NCBI GenBank assembly: GCA_902492015.1
Contig: CABUJR010000008.1
Span: 33,509-97,508 of the forward strand
Source of the DNA: an uncultured Eubacteriales bacterium
GTDB lineage: Bacteria > Bacillota > Clostridia > TANB77 > CAG-508
Direction of reading: 5' to 3'
DNA: 64,000 nucleotides
Each line of letters opens with the position of its first letter. The first letter of the stretch is position 1. Of the stretch, positions 12,476 to 21,507 are shown one piece after another. The notes under the pieces are model-generated. The model made no database searches. It saw only the letters and a program-made list of their open reading frames with translations, and had not been told where the DNA came from. Made by a program: the position numbers and the translations under genes.

Positions 12476-13384
12476 TTATAATTCATTTAAAGCTTCTACA
12501 ATTTGATTCATTATGAATTCATCTATTTTGACACCTCTATTACTTAAACCATTTAAAGTAGTACCACCATGTATTCCAATAACTTCATTGGTAGTGTTTA
12601 ATAAGGCAGCTCCACTTTGACCATCAGAGGTGTCTATTGTGTATTCAAGAATTTTTCCAAAAGCAGTATCTATTTTTCCAGTAGCTATATATTGAAAAAA
12701 ATAGTTGGCATAAAAATTATCTCGTTCTATTTTATGAGGATATCCTATAATTTTGGCATCCAAACCAAATAAATCTAAATAATTTGAATATCTTCTAACA
12801 CTTAGCCATCCTGAATCGTTTCCTATTTTATCATTTAAAACAACTACAGCCCAGTCATAGTCAAAAGAATTATTTAAAGTTGTTAAATCAGAAGAACCGT
12901 TAGTATCTAACCATTCTTGAGCTAAATAGATTGTTTTGACTACAGATGAGCCAAAAGGTTTATTTCCACGATAATATCCAGGAGATACAGTAATATTATT
13001 AAAAAGTCCACCTAAATTAGATTGATAAACACTATGAGCAGAAGTTATCGCTACTTTAGGACCAATCATTGTGGCTGTTGAAATTATTGAAGTATTATCA
13101 TAATTATTGGTTCCTTCTATTCTACAAATAGTAGAATATGGAAAAATTGTTGTGTCTATAACTTGTTCTCTAGTATCAGAGGCAAATACAGTTCTTGTAA
13201 TAGGTGTAACTTGAGAAGCTGGAGTAGTAAGTGTAGTTTGAGTGGAATTTACAGGACAAGATGTAATTTCTCCAGTTTGTGCATCAATTTTTATTAAATT
13301 AACGTTGTCAGTTGCTAATGATGAAGTAGAATAAATTAAAGTAATGAAACATAATGTTATAAATAAATAAAAAACTTTTTTCAT
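12476..13384 (-). CDS. secreted trypsin-like (S1B, glutamyl-endopeptidase-type) serine protease
   Basis: Signal peptide; catalytic His (ITSAHSV), Asp (DYDWAVVVL) and Ser (DGQSGAAL) in S1B order; start taken at MKKVF with AAGGAG RBS. Confidence 0.65.
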   Translation of the reverse strand: MKKVFYLFITLCFITLIYSTSSLATDNVNLIKIDAQTGEITSCPVNSTQTTLTTPASQVTPITRTVFASDTREQVIDTTIFPYSTICRIEGTNNYDNTSIISTATMIGPKVAITSAHSVYQSNLGGLFNNITVSPGYYRGNKPFGSSVVKTIYLAQEWLDTNGSSDLTTLNNSFDYDWAVVVLNDKIGNDSGWLSVRRYSNYLDLFGLDAKIIGYPHKIERDNFYANYFFQYIATGKIDTAFGKILEYTIDTSDGQSGAALLNTTNEVIGIHGGTTLNGLSNRGVKIDEFIMNQIVEALNEL

Positions 13385-13403
13385 AAAAACTCCTTTCAAA
13401 TTA

Positions 13404-14057
13404 TTAATCTATAGTAAATTCTAAAGAAATATCTTTTTCTTGAAAAACTAAATTTGAACGCAAATGTATATTTAATCTGTAAAAACCATTTGAAAGCTCT
13501 CCACAAAAAGGAAACCAATTTACGTCTAATTCTAACGGAGTGCTTTTTTCTATATAAAAGAATTCGGAATTACTGGTTTCATATCCATATAATGGTTTAG
13601 TTATAATATGAATCCAATTATTATTTTCAAGTTTTTCTATAGAAAAATTGTGTTGGTGATAATATGACAAATCATTGTTATTGGTTATAGAAATAATTAA
13701 TCCAGAATTTGAAATAGAGTTTTCTTTTATATTTATGTTAATGTTATCTATTTCGAAGTTATCATACTGTTCTTGAAGTGGATTTTCAATTATAGTATTA
13801 TTAGAAATTAAATTATTTTGTTCAATTTCTATATTAGAAGGAATAAAACCAGGTAAAAAATCAGGAACTGTATTAAAGTCTATACTAGAAGAATTAGAGA
13901 TTTTTAAATCTGCCGAAGTAGAAGTGCTTTCTTGAGAATTAAAGTTGTTTGAATTAGCAGAATTTGTAGTATATTTAGCTATTTCATATATAAATGTTGA
14001 AATAATTATAATTCCAAATATAATAAGAAAAATAAGAATAAATTTAAATTTTTTCAT
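13404..14057 (-). CDS. secreted hypothetical protein, co-transcribed with the S1B protease
   Basis: N-terminal signal/TM; start taken at internal MKKFKF with AAGGAG RBS; 4-nt gap to the downstream protease gene. Confidence 0.45.
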   Translation of the reverse strand: MKKFKFILIFLIIFGIIIISTFIYEIAKYTTNSANSNNFNSQESTSTSADLKISNSSSIDFNTVPDFLPGFIPSNIEIEQNNLISNNTIIENPLQEQYDNFEIDNININIKENSISNSGLIISITNNNDLSYYHQHNFSIEKLENNNWIHIITKPLYGYETSNSEFFYIEKSTPLELDVNWFPFCGELSNGFYRLNIHLRSNLVFQEKDISLEFTID

Positions 14058-14235
14058 AAAAAAACTCCTTATATATAACTTATGTATAACATATAATATA
14101 AAATAAAGCAATATTTACTAAGTTTTGTTCATAAAAAATTTTTTAATCTATATAATTTTTAAGTATTTTGAGTAGAAAGCTGTTCTTCTATTTTTTTAAA
14201 AAGCTTTTTCATATTTAATTTTTTACAAAAAAAAT

Positions 14236-14262
14236 AAAACCTCTAGTTTTACTAGAGGTTTT
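14236..14262. terminator. hairpin AAAACCTCTAG-ttta-CTAGAGGTTTT abutting the att repeat
   Basis: 11-bp perfect stem flanked by A/T runs. Confidence 0.4.
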
Positions 14263-14280
14263 GGTGCGCCCTGACGGATT
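14261..14280. repeat. attL-like direct repeat of the tRNA-Met 3' end
   Basis: TTGGTGCGCCCTgAcGGATT versus TTGGTGCGCCCTcAaGGATT at 22951-22970 (18/20 identical). Confidence 0.6.
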
Positions 14281-14461
14281 AATATATTGATATATAAATA
14301 GAAAATTGATATTTGGAGTTGTATATGGTAATGTGAAAAATACTAATTTTAATTATTTTTCTTATTAATATGATTAAGGTAGTGAATACAAATGTTATGT
14401 AATGTAATAATGTTGACAAACAAATTTTTTATTTGTATATTATAAATAAGGAGGGAGTAAT

Positions 14462-15082
14462 ATGAAAAAAATAACTAAATTAATAATAATATTTATACTG
14501 ATTATTATATGTGCTTTAATATTTAATATGATTAGAAATATTTATATTATCAATAAAATAAAGAATAATTCAAATAAATACTTTTCTGATATGAATTCAT
14601 ATAAAGGTAAGATTGAATCTTTTTCAACTAAAATTTCTGATGATAATGTAACAGAAGAAAATATAGATAGAGAAGAGTTTTATTATAAGGATGGAATATA
14701 TCTAATAAAAAGATATTCTAAAGATAAATTGATAAATATTGAATGGAAAAATGTTAATACAAATGAACAAATTTCAAATTCTTCTAATGATGTACAGGAA
14801 GAATTTATTTATACAGATATTATGAATTTAGATTTTGTAATTAACGAAGAATTTGATAATAATAATTTAAAATTATATTTAATTAATTTTATAAAATCTG
14901 ATAAAAATAATTATATAATAACTGGCAGACAAACAGATTTTTATTTTAATAAAGAAACAGGAGTATTATCTAAATTTGATGCTAAAAATGGACATTATGA
15001 AATATATTCGATAGATAAGAATAATGTGAATGATGAAGAATTGAAAAAGCCTGATTTAACCAGCATGCAAATTGACAATTAA
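14462..15082 (+). CDS. hypothetical membrane-anchored protein (island cargo)
   Basis: N-terminal TM helix; 206 aa; no motif recognised. Confidence 0.35.
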   Translation: MKKITKLIIIFILIIICALIFNMIRNIYIINKIKNNSNKYFSDMNSYKGKIESFSTKISDDNVTEENIDREEFYYKDGIYLIKRYSKDKLINIEWKNVNTNEQISNSSNDVQEEFIYTDIMNLDFVINEEFDNNNLKLYLINFIKSDKNNYIITGRQTDFYFNKETGVLSKFDAKNGHYEIYSIDKNNVNDEELKKPDLTSMQIDN

Positions 15083-15226
15083 AAAGAACCATGCTATAAT
15101 AAAAAAAGTTTCGATATAGAAACTGAACTTTCACTTAATGAGTATTGAAATTTCATAAAAAATAATATTAAGTGAGAGTAGCACAAAACAAACTTAATGA
15201 GCTTTTAGCATGTGTGGAGGTGCTTT

Positions 15227-15682
15227 ATGAAAAAAAGAAAAGGCTTATTATCATTTATGTTGACTCTGGCATTATGCTTGAGTTTGTGCAATGTAACAGT
15301 TTTTGCGGCTGAAGATGTCAATAATGTCAGCAATTCTGCAGAAAATGTTGCTGTAGCTGCTGATGTTATTGATTATAGTAGCGCATGGGTTCCGGCGGGT
15401 GTTACAGAAGGAAGTTTTAGAATTGAGAAAACTTTTTCTGGAACAGGACGGATTACATTTAAAGCCAGGTCAGACAATAGTTCTACAAGACCTAGAATGT
15501 GTCTTTCAATGTTTAATATGGGGGCAACTATGAGTCTGACAGGCTGGATAGATGTTCCGGCAACTGATACGGATATATATCCTACAAGCACAGTAGATGG
15601 AAAGTATAATTTATATGTTCATTATGAATTTCCGAATGGAAATCCTAATGGAACTTTTCTGATGTGTTGGATTTATCCGTAA
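15227..15682 (+). CDS. secreted hypothetical protein, higher-GC foreign gene
   Basis: GGAGG RBS 7 nt before the MKKRKG start; signal peptide ending VFAAED; about 38-40% GC versus about 26% around it; Pro/Ala/Arg codons CCG/GCG/CGG that are rare elsewhere. Confidence 0.5.
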   Translation: MKKRKGLLSFMLTLALCLSLCNVTVFAAEDVNNVSNSAENVAVAADVIDYSSAWVPAGVTEGSFRIEKTFSGTGRITFKARSDNSSTRPRMCLSMFNMGATMSLTGWIDVPATDTDIYPTSTVDGKYNLYVHYEFPNGNPNGTFLMCWIYP

Positions 15683-15778
15683 TATCCATTAAACATAAGA
15701 AAGAATCCAAATAAATTGACTAGCAAGTAAATTAGCTTATAAGGTTTGTTTTGTGCGATGAGAGGGAGCAAATTCCTC

Positions 15779-16150
15779 TCATTTTAAAATATTTAGGATT
15801 AATTCTTCAATAAAACTTTTATTCGTAAATATATTTTCATTATATTCATATCCAAAAATTATTTCAAAATTTTTTTCACACTTTTTTATATCTCTACTAT
15901 CAATAGCATATTGTATTGAACGTCTAATTTGGAATTTATTCATATTTTTAATTTGCTTACTTATAATTTCATATATATCTTCAAGTTTAATAAATTCAAT
16001 ATTATAATTTATTATAATTACTATTGCTAAATATATTAATTTAGCTCCTTGATTACTTGTTTTAATTCCAAGTTTTCTTAATATATTATAGATTTCAAGA
16101 ACTAATTTCTTTTTATTTAATTTCTTATTATCACAAATTTGACTATCCAA
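15779..16150 (-). CDS. standalone Spo0A C-terminal-like DNA-binding protein
   Basis: LGIKTSNQGAKLIYLAIVI...QIRRSIQYAIDS pattern resembles the Spo0A_C HTH effector domain; 123 aa. Confidence 0.5.
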   Translation of the reverse strand: MDSQICDNKKLNKKKLVLEIYNILRKLGIKTSNQGAKLIYLAIVIIINYNIEFIKLEDIYEIISKQIKNMNKFQIRRSIQYAIDSRDIKKCEKNFEIIFGYEYNENIFTNKSFIEELILNILK

Positions 16151-16260
16151 GGTTATCCCCCCTTAAAATTGCATAAGGTTTAAACTAGTTGAATTTTAAA
16201 TTTGTGTTAGCTAACTACAGACTTATTGTAGCAGATTTACATAAATAGTTCAAAAATGTA

Positions 16261-16304
16261 AAATTTGCACTGTATGCAATAGAATTTGCGTACAGTGCAA
16301 ATTT
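16261..16304. repeat. 44-bp near-perfect palindrome AAATTTGCACTGTA-n16-TACAGTGCAAATTT
   Basis: 14-bp perfect arms with a nested second imperfect palindrome; related TTTTGCAC-aga-GTGCAAAA palindrome at 16377-16395. Confidence 0.55.
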
Positions 16305-16944
16305 AGATAATAAAAATAGGCTATTTGTATAGTAAAATTAAGTACAAATTTGTAATTTTTAATATATTTCATAAAATTTTGCACAGAGTGCAAAAAAAGA
16401 AAGCACGGAGAAACTCAATTACAAAACCCCTGCTTTCTTATGTGTTTTGTGTCTTAATCACAAAACTTATATTAATCTAAACTATTGCGAGTAGTTTAGT
16501 TAATAACTTTATTATAAACAAAATCTATGTAAAAATCAATGTTTAAAAAGATTTTTGGGGGAAATTTATTTCCCCCTGTGATAAATGACTACACATTTAT
16601 AATTGGACAACCGCCAGGGCATCCGTCCACCAATAAATAATTTCATAATTGAGTTTTCTCCTGTGCTAAATTCTTACAAGTAATAATCAACATTGTAATA
16701 CAGGAAACTAACTCAAAATAAATGTGTTAAAATCTGTATATAAAAATCAGGCACTCGCAATGCCTGATTACAATGTATATTGATAATCAAGCATTGCTTG
16801 AATGAATGATTTAAATATTAAGACTTTAAAGTCATTCTACTACTTATTAAGTTAAGTATATTATATCATATTTCTATCTAAAAATCAAAAAGAGAATAAC
16901 TCTGTAATGCTTGATATTAAGCTATTTTATAACATTTCTTTTGT

Positions 16945-16973
16945 TGAAAAATTTTCTAAAATGTGGTATAATT
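16945..16973 (+). promoter_or_regulatory. promoter TTGAAA-17-TGgTATAAT for the XRE regulator
   Basis: Extended -10 with TG; correctly spaced upstream of the 17007 start. Confidence 0.5.
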
Positions 16974-17006
16974 AATTGATATGTTTTATTTTAAGGAGTG
17001 ATATTT

Positions 17007-17729
17007 ATGTCTAACTTTAATAAAATAGAATTTGGAAATAATTTAAGAAAATATAGAAAAGCTAAAGGACTAAGTCAAGAAAATTTAGCTAGAGTAATAA
17101 ATAAAAATGTTTCAACTATTGCCAGATTTGAAAATGGCAAACTATCTCCTAATGCAGAAGAAATTAGTTTAATATGTGATGAATTAGGAATAAATGAATA
17201 TGAACTTTTTAAATCTTCAAATGATAAAATAGTAAATATCAAAAATAATATAAACCCATTTAAAGTTAAAGAATTATATTTATATTATCAAGCTTATTTT
17301 CCTAGTAATAATACTTACAAAGTAAAAAAATTTAAGCTAAAGATAATAGAAAAACCAGAAAAATGTGAAGTTCTATTTTTAGATTATGCTACTAATAAAA
17401 TTTATATGACAGGTTATATTTTAGCAGATACTAATATAGCTGTGTTTGTATTTGAAAATTACGAAGAATTTAGCCCTAGACTTGAAGTTACACAAATAAT
17501 TTTAAATATTTCAAATGGTATAGATAGTATTATGCTTGGCACTCTAACTTGCACAAATGGTCAATACATACCTTCTATTAGAAAATGTGCTATAAGTAAA
17601 GAAGATTTAGAAATAACTAAAGATTTAATTAATAAATTGAAAATTACAAATAAAGAAAAAAACAAACTAAACAAATATGAAATATTATATTTAAATACTA
17701 ACAATACTTATGATTATGAAAATGAATAA
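17007..17729 (+). CDS. XRE-family HTH transcriptional regulator with C-terminal domain of unknown function
   Basis: N-terminal Cro/C1 HTH (LRKYRKAKGLSQENLARVINKNVSTIARFENG); ATG at 17007 with GGAG RBS (ORF track starts at a GTG at 16998). Confidence 0.65.
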   Translation: MSNFNKIEFGNNLRKYRKAKGLSQENLARVINKNVSTIARFENGKLSPNAEEISLICDELGINEYELFKSSNDKIVNIKNNINPFKVKELYLYYQAYFPSNNTYKVKKFKLKIIEKPEKCEVLFLDYATNKIYMTGYILADTNIAVFVFENYEEFSPRLEVTQIILNISNGIDSIMLGTLTCTNGQYIPSIRKCAISKEDLEITKDLINKLKITNKEKNKLNKYEILYLNTNNTYDYENE

Positions 17730-18002
17730 ATATTATTATTTTATAGTATTTAATTTATATAAAGTTAAAAGCATTCAAGGAGCAATATACAGTTGCATTT
17801 TGAGTGTTTTTTATTTTTAACGGTTTATTCATAATATAAATTATTCAAAATATCTATTTATCAATACTTTTCAAGTTTTTATATTACTTAAATTTTGTTA
17901 AAATTGTGTATTTTTTTGTAAAAATGTAGAAAATTGTAGTTTATTGTGCAATTTCTACATTTTTTATTTTAGGGTGCTATCATTAAATTAAGCTTAAGCA
18001 AA

Positions 18003-18020
18003 TTGATTATCGATAATCAA
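18003..18020. promoter_or_regulatory. 18-bp perfect palindrome TTGATTATCGATAATCAA upstream of the sigma-like gene
   Basis: Perfect dyad; half-site TGATAATCAA recurs at 16783 next to the TCAAGCAtTGCTTGA palindrome. Confidence 0.4.
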
Positions 18021-18047
18021 AATAATTTAAGAAAGTGAGGAATTTTA

Positions 18048-18425
18048 ATGAATTATTTTGATAATGAAATAAGTCTTGATGATGAAAATAACCACGAATT
18101 GATAGAAAAACAAATGTATCAAGATTATTTAAGAAAAGAAAACTTAATAAGTACAAAAGATACACTAGTAAATAAACGTATCGAAATGTTTTTAAAAGAT
18201 AAAAACTTTTATTTAGTTATTAAAAAATTACCACTATTAGAAAGAAGAGTATTTTTACTATTTGTAATAAAAAATCAAACATTAAATGATATTTGTAGTT
18301 TACTTAAAATATCAAAAACACAAGCTTTAATGCTAAAAAGAAAATCTATTAGACACTTTATTAAAAATCTAAAAAATATTCAAAAAAATAATTTAAAAGC
18401 TGGTGGTGGAAATAATGGAAACTAA
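18048..18425 (+). CDS. small sigma-70 region-4-like HTH protein
   Basis: ERRVFLLFVIKNQTLNDICSLLKISKTQALMLKRKS resembles sigma region 4 / LuxR-type HTH; common accessory in Firmicutes ICE/IME. Confidence 0.4.
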   Translation: MNYFDNEISLDDENNHELIEKQMYQDYLRKENLISTKDTLVNKRIEMFLKDKNFYLVIKKLPLLERRVFLLFVIKNQTLNDICSLLKISKTQALMLKRKSIRHFIKNLKNIQKNNLKAGGGNNGN

Positions 18426-18930
18426 AAAAATAATTGTTATTTTTAAAGAAGTCGGAAAAGAACCAATATTTTTGAAGATAGAAAATAATATTGAAAGCTT
18501 TAAAAGTCAATTAGGTGGAGAAATTGAAATTATTTCCTATGAAGATATAGAAATTATTTGCAGAAAAGATAGAGAAAACTTAAAACCCAATATCTATCTT
18601 AATACTAGCTTTGAAAAACTTAATTTCTCAATAAAAGGAGATATATTGATTACTGCCAAAAAAGAAAATAATTTTATATCTTTAACAAAAGAACAAGTCA
18701 TTAAATATAACGAACTCTTAGTGAAAGGAAGTTTTAAATATAAGCACTTTGACGAAAATGGTAAATACCTTTCAAATAAAGAGTTAAGAAAACAAAATAA
18801 ATGCGATTTTAGAAATGATGTAAAAAATAAAAAGAACATTAAAGAAGAAAACCTAGAGGCAACTTTACAAATGATACTAAAAATTCAAACAAGTATTTTA
18901 ATATTTCTTCAAGAACATTGGAGTAACTAA
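18415..18930 (+). CDS. DUF3846-like protein (conjugative-element associated)
   Basis: KKIIVIFKEVGKEP...LGGEIEIISYEDIEIICRKD pattern typical of DUF3846; ATG at 18415. Confidence 0.4.
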   Translation: METKKIIVIFKEVGKEPIFLKIENNIESFKSQLGGEIEIISYEDIEIICRKDRENLKPNIYLNTSFEKLNFSIKGDILITAKKENNFISLTKEQVIKYNELLVKGSFKYKHFDENGKYLSNKELRKQNKCDFRNDVKNKKNIKEENLEATLQMILKIQTSILIFLQEHWSN

Positions 18931-18947
18931 TATAAAAAGGAGGAATT

Positions 18948-19157
18948 ATGGATAAAGATTTTCAAAAAGAATATTACGAAGATAAAATAGAAAATTTTAT
19001 TAAAACTCCTAAAGACTTATTACTAGAAAAGTTGGTAATGCACGAACAATTAAATGCAAATGATTTTAATGAACTTTTAAAAACAATACAAGAAGAATTT
19101 AACAGGAGTTTTTGTATTTCTAATAATGACTTGAAAGGAGAAAAAGAACTTGAATAA
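18948..19157 (+). CDS. hypothetical small protein
   Basis: 69 aa; AGGAGG RBS; no motif. Confidence 0.3.
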   Translation: MDKDFQKEYYEDKIENFIKTPKDLLLEKLVMHEQLNANDFNELLKTIQEEFNRSFCISNNDLKGEKELE

Positions 19158-19404
19158 AACAGATATTCAAAAAAGAATTAATGGACTAAATAAATATATG
19201 CTAGCTGATAGTACAAAAGAATTATTACTATTAAAAATCTCTAATGATTATACATACAATAAAGCTGTAGCATTAATAGATAAAACCACAAAACATAAAG
19301 ACTGGTATTCAATAGATAGAAAAACTTGTTTTAAAACTTGGAATGAAGTTGAAGCTTTCATAGATGGAATATGTTTAGCAAAAAATACCGACTTCGAGAG
19401 ATAG
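19150..19404 (+). CDS. hypothetical small protein
   Basis: 84 aa; overlaps the previous stop; no motif. Confidence 0.3.
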   Translation: MNKTDIQKRINGLNKYMLADSTKELLLLKISNDYTYNKAVALIDKTTKHKDWYSIDRKTCFKTWNEVEAFIDGICLAKNTDFER

Positions 19405-19552
19405 CTTAAGGAAAAGTTTGAAAAACCATTAATGGTGTTTCAATTAGTATTTGAGTATATAGAAAATTGTTCTATAGAAACTCAAATACTAAAACAAAAT
19501 TATTATTTCACTTTCTATAGGAACTGAATATAAATAATAATTTTAAGGGGTT

Positions 19553-19605
19553 ATTAGGGTACTCCCTAATCACAACAGAAACTCAATTGAGTTTCTAGTG
19601 TGTTA
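19553..19605 (+). promoter_or_regulatory. candidate MobV-type oriT (inverted repeats plus TAGTGTGTTA nick-region-like sequence)
   Basis: ATTAGGGtactCCCTAAT, then the 20-bp perfect palindrome AGAAACTCAATTGAGTTTCT, then AGTGTGTTA resembling the pMV158 oriT GTGTG/TT nick region. Confidence 0.45.
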
Positions 19606-19747
19606 GAAACTGAAAATTAGTTTTCATGTTTTCGGCATAAAAATAAAGTTATTATTTAGTAAAACTGCGAAGTGAGGCTCTATAGAAAGTGAATAATATA
19701 AATTAATTGAATAAGAAAAATATATTAATAAAAGGAGATTTTAAAAT

Positions 19748-20236
19748 ATGAAAAATAAAGTATATAAAGAATTTAAAATAAGAAATGTTCAAGATTATAA
19801 ATATAACAAACATAATAAAAAACATTATAACCAATATTCTAATAAAACTCGTAATCTAAAAAAGAAAAGATTTAGTATAGATAAAGCTTTAGCTGATAAA
19901 TTAGATAGAGAGTTTAAAGATTATTGTCAAAATCTTTTAAAGAAAGATAAACAAATTATTTTGAATAGTGCTTATGAAATTACAGTAAAAGAAGAAATAA
20001 AAGACGCAATAAAACACATGAATTTGTATGACCAAGAAAAAGAAATGATGTTATTACAAGATAATGTTTTAAATGAGTTTTATCATGACTGGCTTGACTG
20101 TGATACACCTTTAAGTGAGGTATTAGAAGATTGTTTATCAGAGTCAGTTGCAACATTAACGAAATATATTGGTATAAGAAAAGACCTAGCTTTATACAAA
20201 GAAAAAATTGATAATAAAGAAATAAAAGAAAGATAG
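19748..20236 (+). CDS. hypothetical protein just upstream of mobV
   Basis: 162 aa, charged; AGGAG RBS. Confidence 0.3.
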   Translation: MKNKVYKEFKIRNVQDYKYNKHNKKHYNQYSNKTRNLKKKRFSIDKALADKLDREFKDYCQNLLKKDKQIILNSAYEITVKEEIKDAIKHMNLYDQEKEMMLLQDNVLNEFYHDWLDCDTPLSEVLEDCLSESVATLTKYIGIRKDLALYKEKIDNKEIKER

Positions 20237-20246
20237 ATAAATAGTT

Positions 20247-21254
20247 ATGAGTTTTGCGATTATTAGAAATAGCAATTATAAAAAAGATAATCTAGCAGGA
20301 CTATATAAACATAATGAAAGAAAAAATACCAATTATTCTAATACAAATATTAATAAAAGTAATTCTTATAAAAATTATTCTCTAAAAAAGTGTAATACAA
20401 CTTATTGGAACGCATTTAAAACTTTACAAAACCAATATGACTTAAAGGGAAGAATTATAAGTACAACAAATATTCTTTGTGAATTTGTAATTACATCTGA
20501 TAAGGAATTTTTTTAGAGAATTGGAGAAAAAGAGACATTAAGATATTTTAAAACTGCATACAGATTTGTTGCAAACTATCAAAATTTAGGAGAAGAATTT
20601 ATTATATCTGCCAAAATACATAATGACGAAACAACACCGCACATGCATATAGTATTTATTCCTGTTGTGCATAAGTTGGATACCAAAAGTGGAAAAACTA
20701 TAAGTAAAATTGCATGTTCAGAGTATTGGAAAGGAAAAGATAGTTATAAAAAACTTCAAAATAGTTTTTATAGTTATATGATAAAATCAGGTTTTGATTT
20801 AGAAAGAGGACAAACAGGTAATACACATATTGAAACAGATAAATTAAAGAAGATTACAAATTATGAAATGCAAAAATATGAAATTCAGAGTGTTAATTTA
20901 GAACAAGAAAGAGAAATAATTGATGCAGAAGAACTAAAAAAGGAATACAAAAGAGTAATAAGAAAGTTTAATACTTTAGCAACTCAATATACTAGAATAA
21001 AAAATTTAACAGACACTACAAACGAAAGATTAGAAGATATTGAAATAGAAAATTATAATATAAAACTTGAAAATTCAAAACTAAAACAAGAAAATAAAAA
21101 CTTAAAAAATTATATAAATAACAGTATTGAGTGGATATCTTTAATATTAAACTGGTCTATGGATAGAGTAAATAAAATGATAAACAAATTTATAGAAAGA
21201 AAGGAAGATGTAAAAGATGAACGAAAACATAAACTTAAATCAAACAAAAGATAA
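20247..21254 (+). pseudogene. MobV-family (Pre/Mob) relaxase interrupted by one in-frame TAG at 20514-20516
   Basis: Motif I HNER near the N-terminus; motif III HNDETTPHMH (HxDExxPHxH) downstream of the stop; both ORF-track pieces (20247-20516 and 20643-21254) lie in the same frame with no other stop between them. Confidence 0.7.
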
Positions 21255-21507
21255 AACCTTAACTATTGAAGAAATGTTAGTAAAAGAAGCAATAAAAAAT
21301 ATAGGCAACCCTTTTAAGAACTTAACTGTAAAAGATGTAGCAAAAGATTTGCTAGTTAGTGAGGCAACAGCTAATTCAATATTTAGAAGAAGTGATTTTC
21401 CATCCGTGAATATAGGAAAAACAAAAACTGTTACACATCTTGCGTATCTTATATGGAAGATGAAAAGGAAGGAAAGCGAGGCAAATGAAAATGAAGAAAC
21501 AGAGTAA
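21217..21507 (+). CDS. excisionase/DNA-binding (Xis-like) protein
   Basis: 96 aa with HTH-like LTVKDVAKDLLVSEATANSIFRR; sits immediately upstream of and overlapping int. Confidence 0.45.
   Translation: MNENINLNQTKDKTLTIEEMLVKEAIKNIGNPFKNLTVKDVAKDLLVSEATANSIFRRSDFPSVNIGKTKTVTHLAYLIWKMKRKESEANENEETE

Noticed and set aside
15373-15591. 72-aa minus-strand ORF inside the high-GC cargo gene
   Set aside because: Antisense to a gene that has a signal peptide and RBS. The higher GC inflates random ORF length here.
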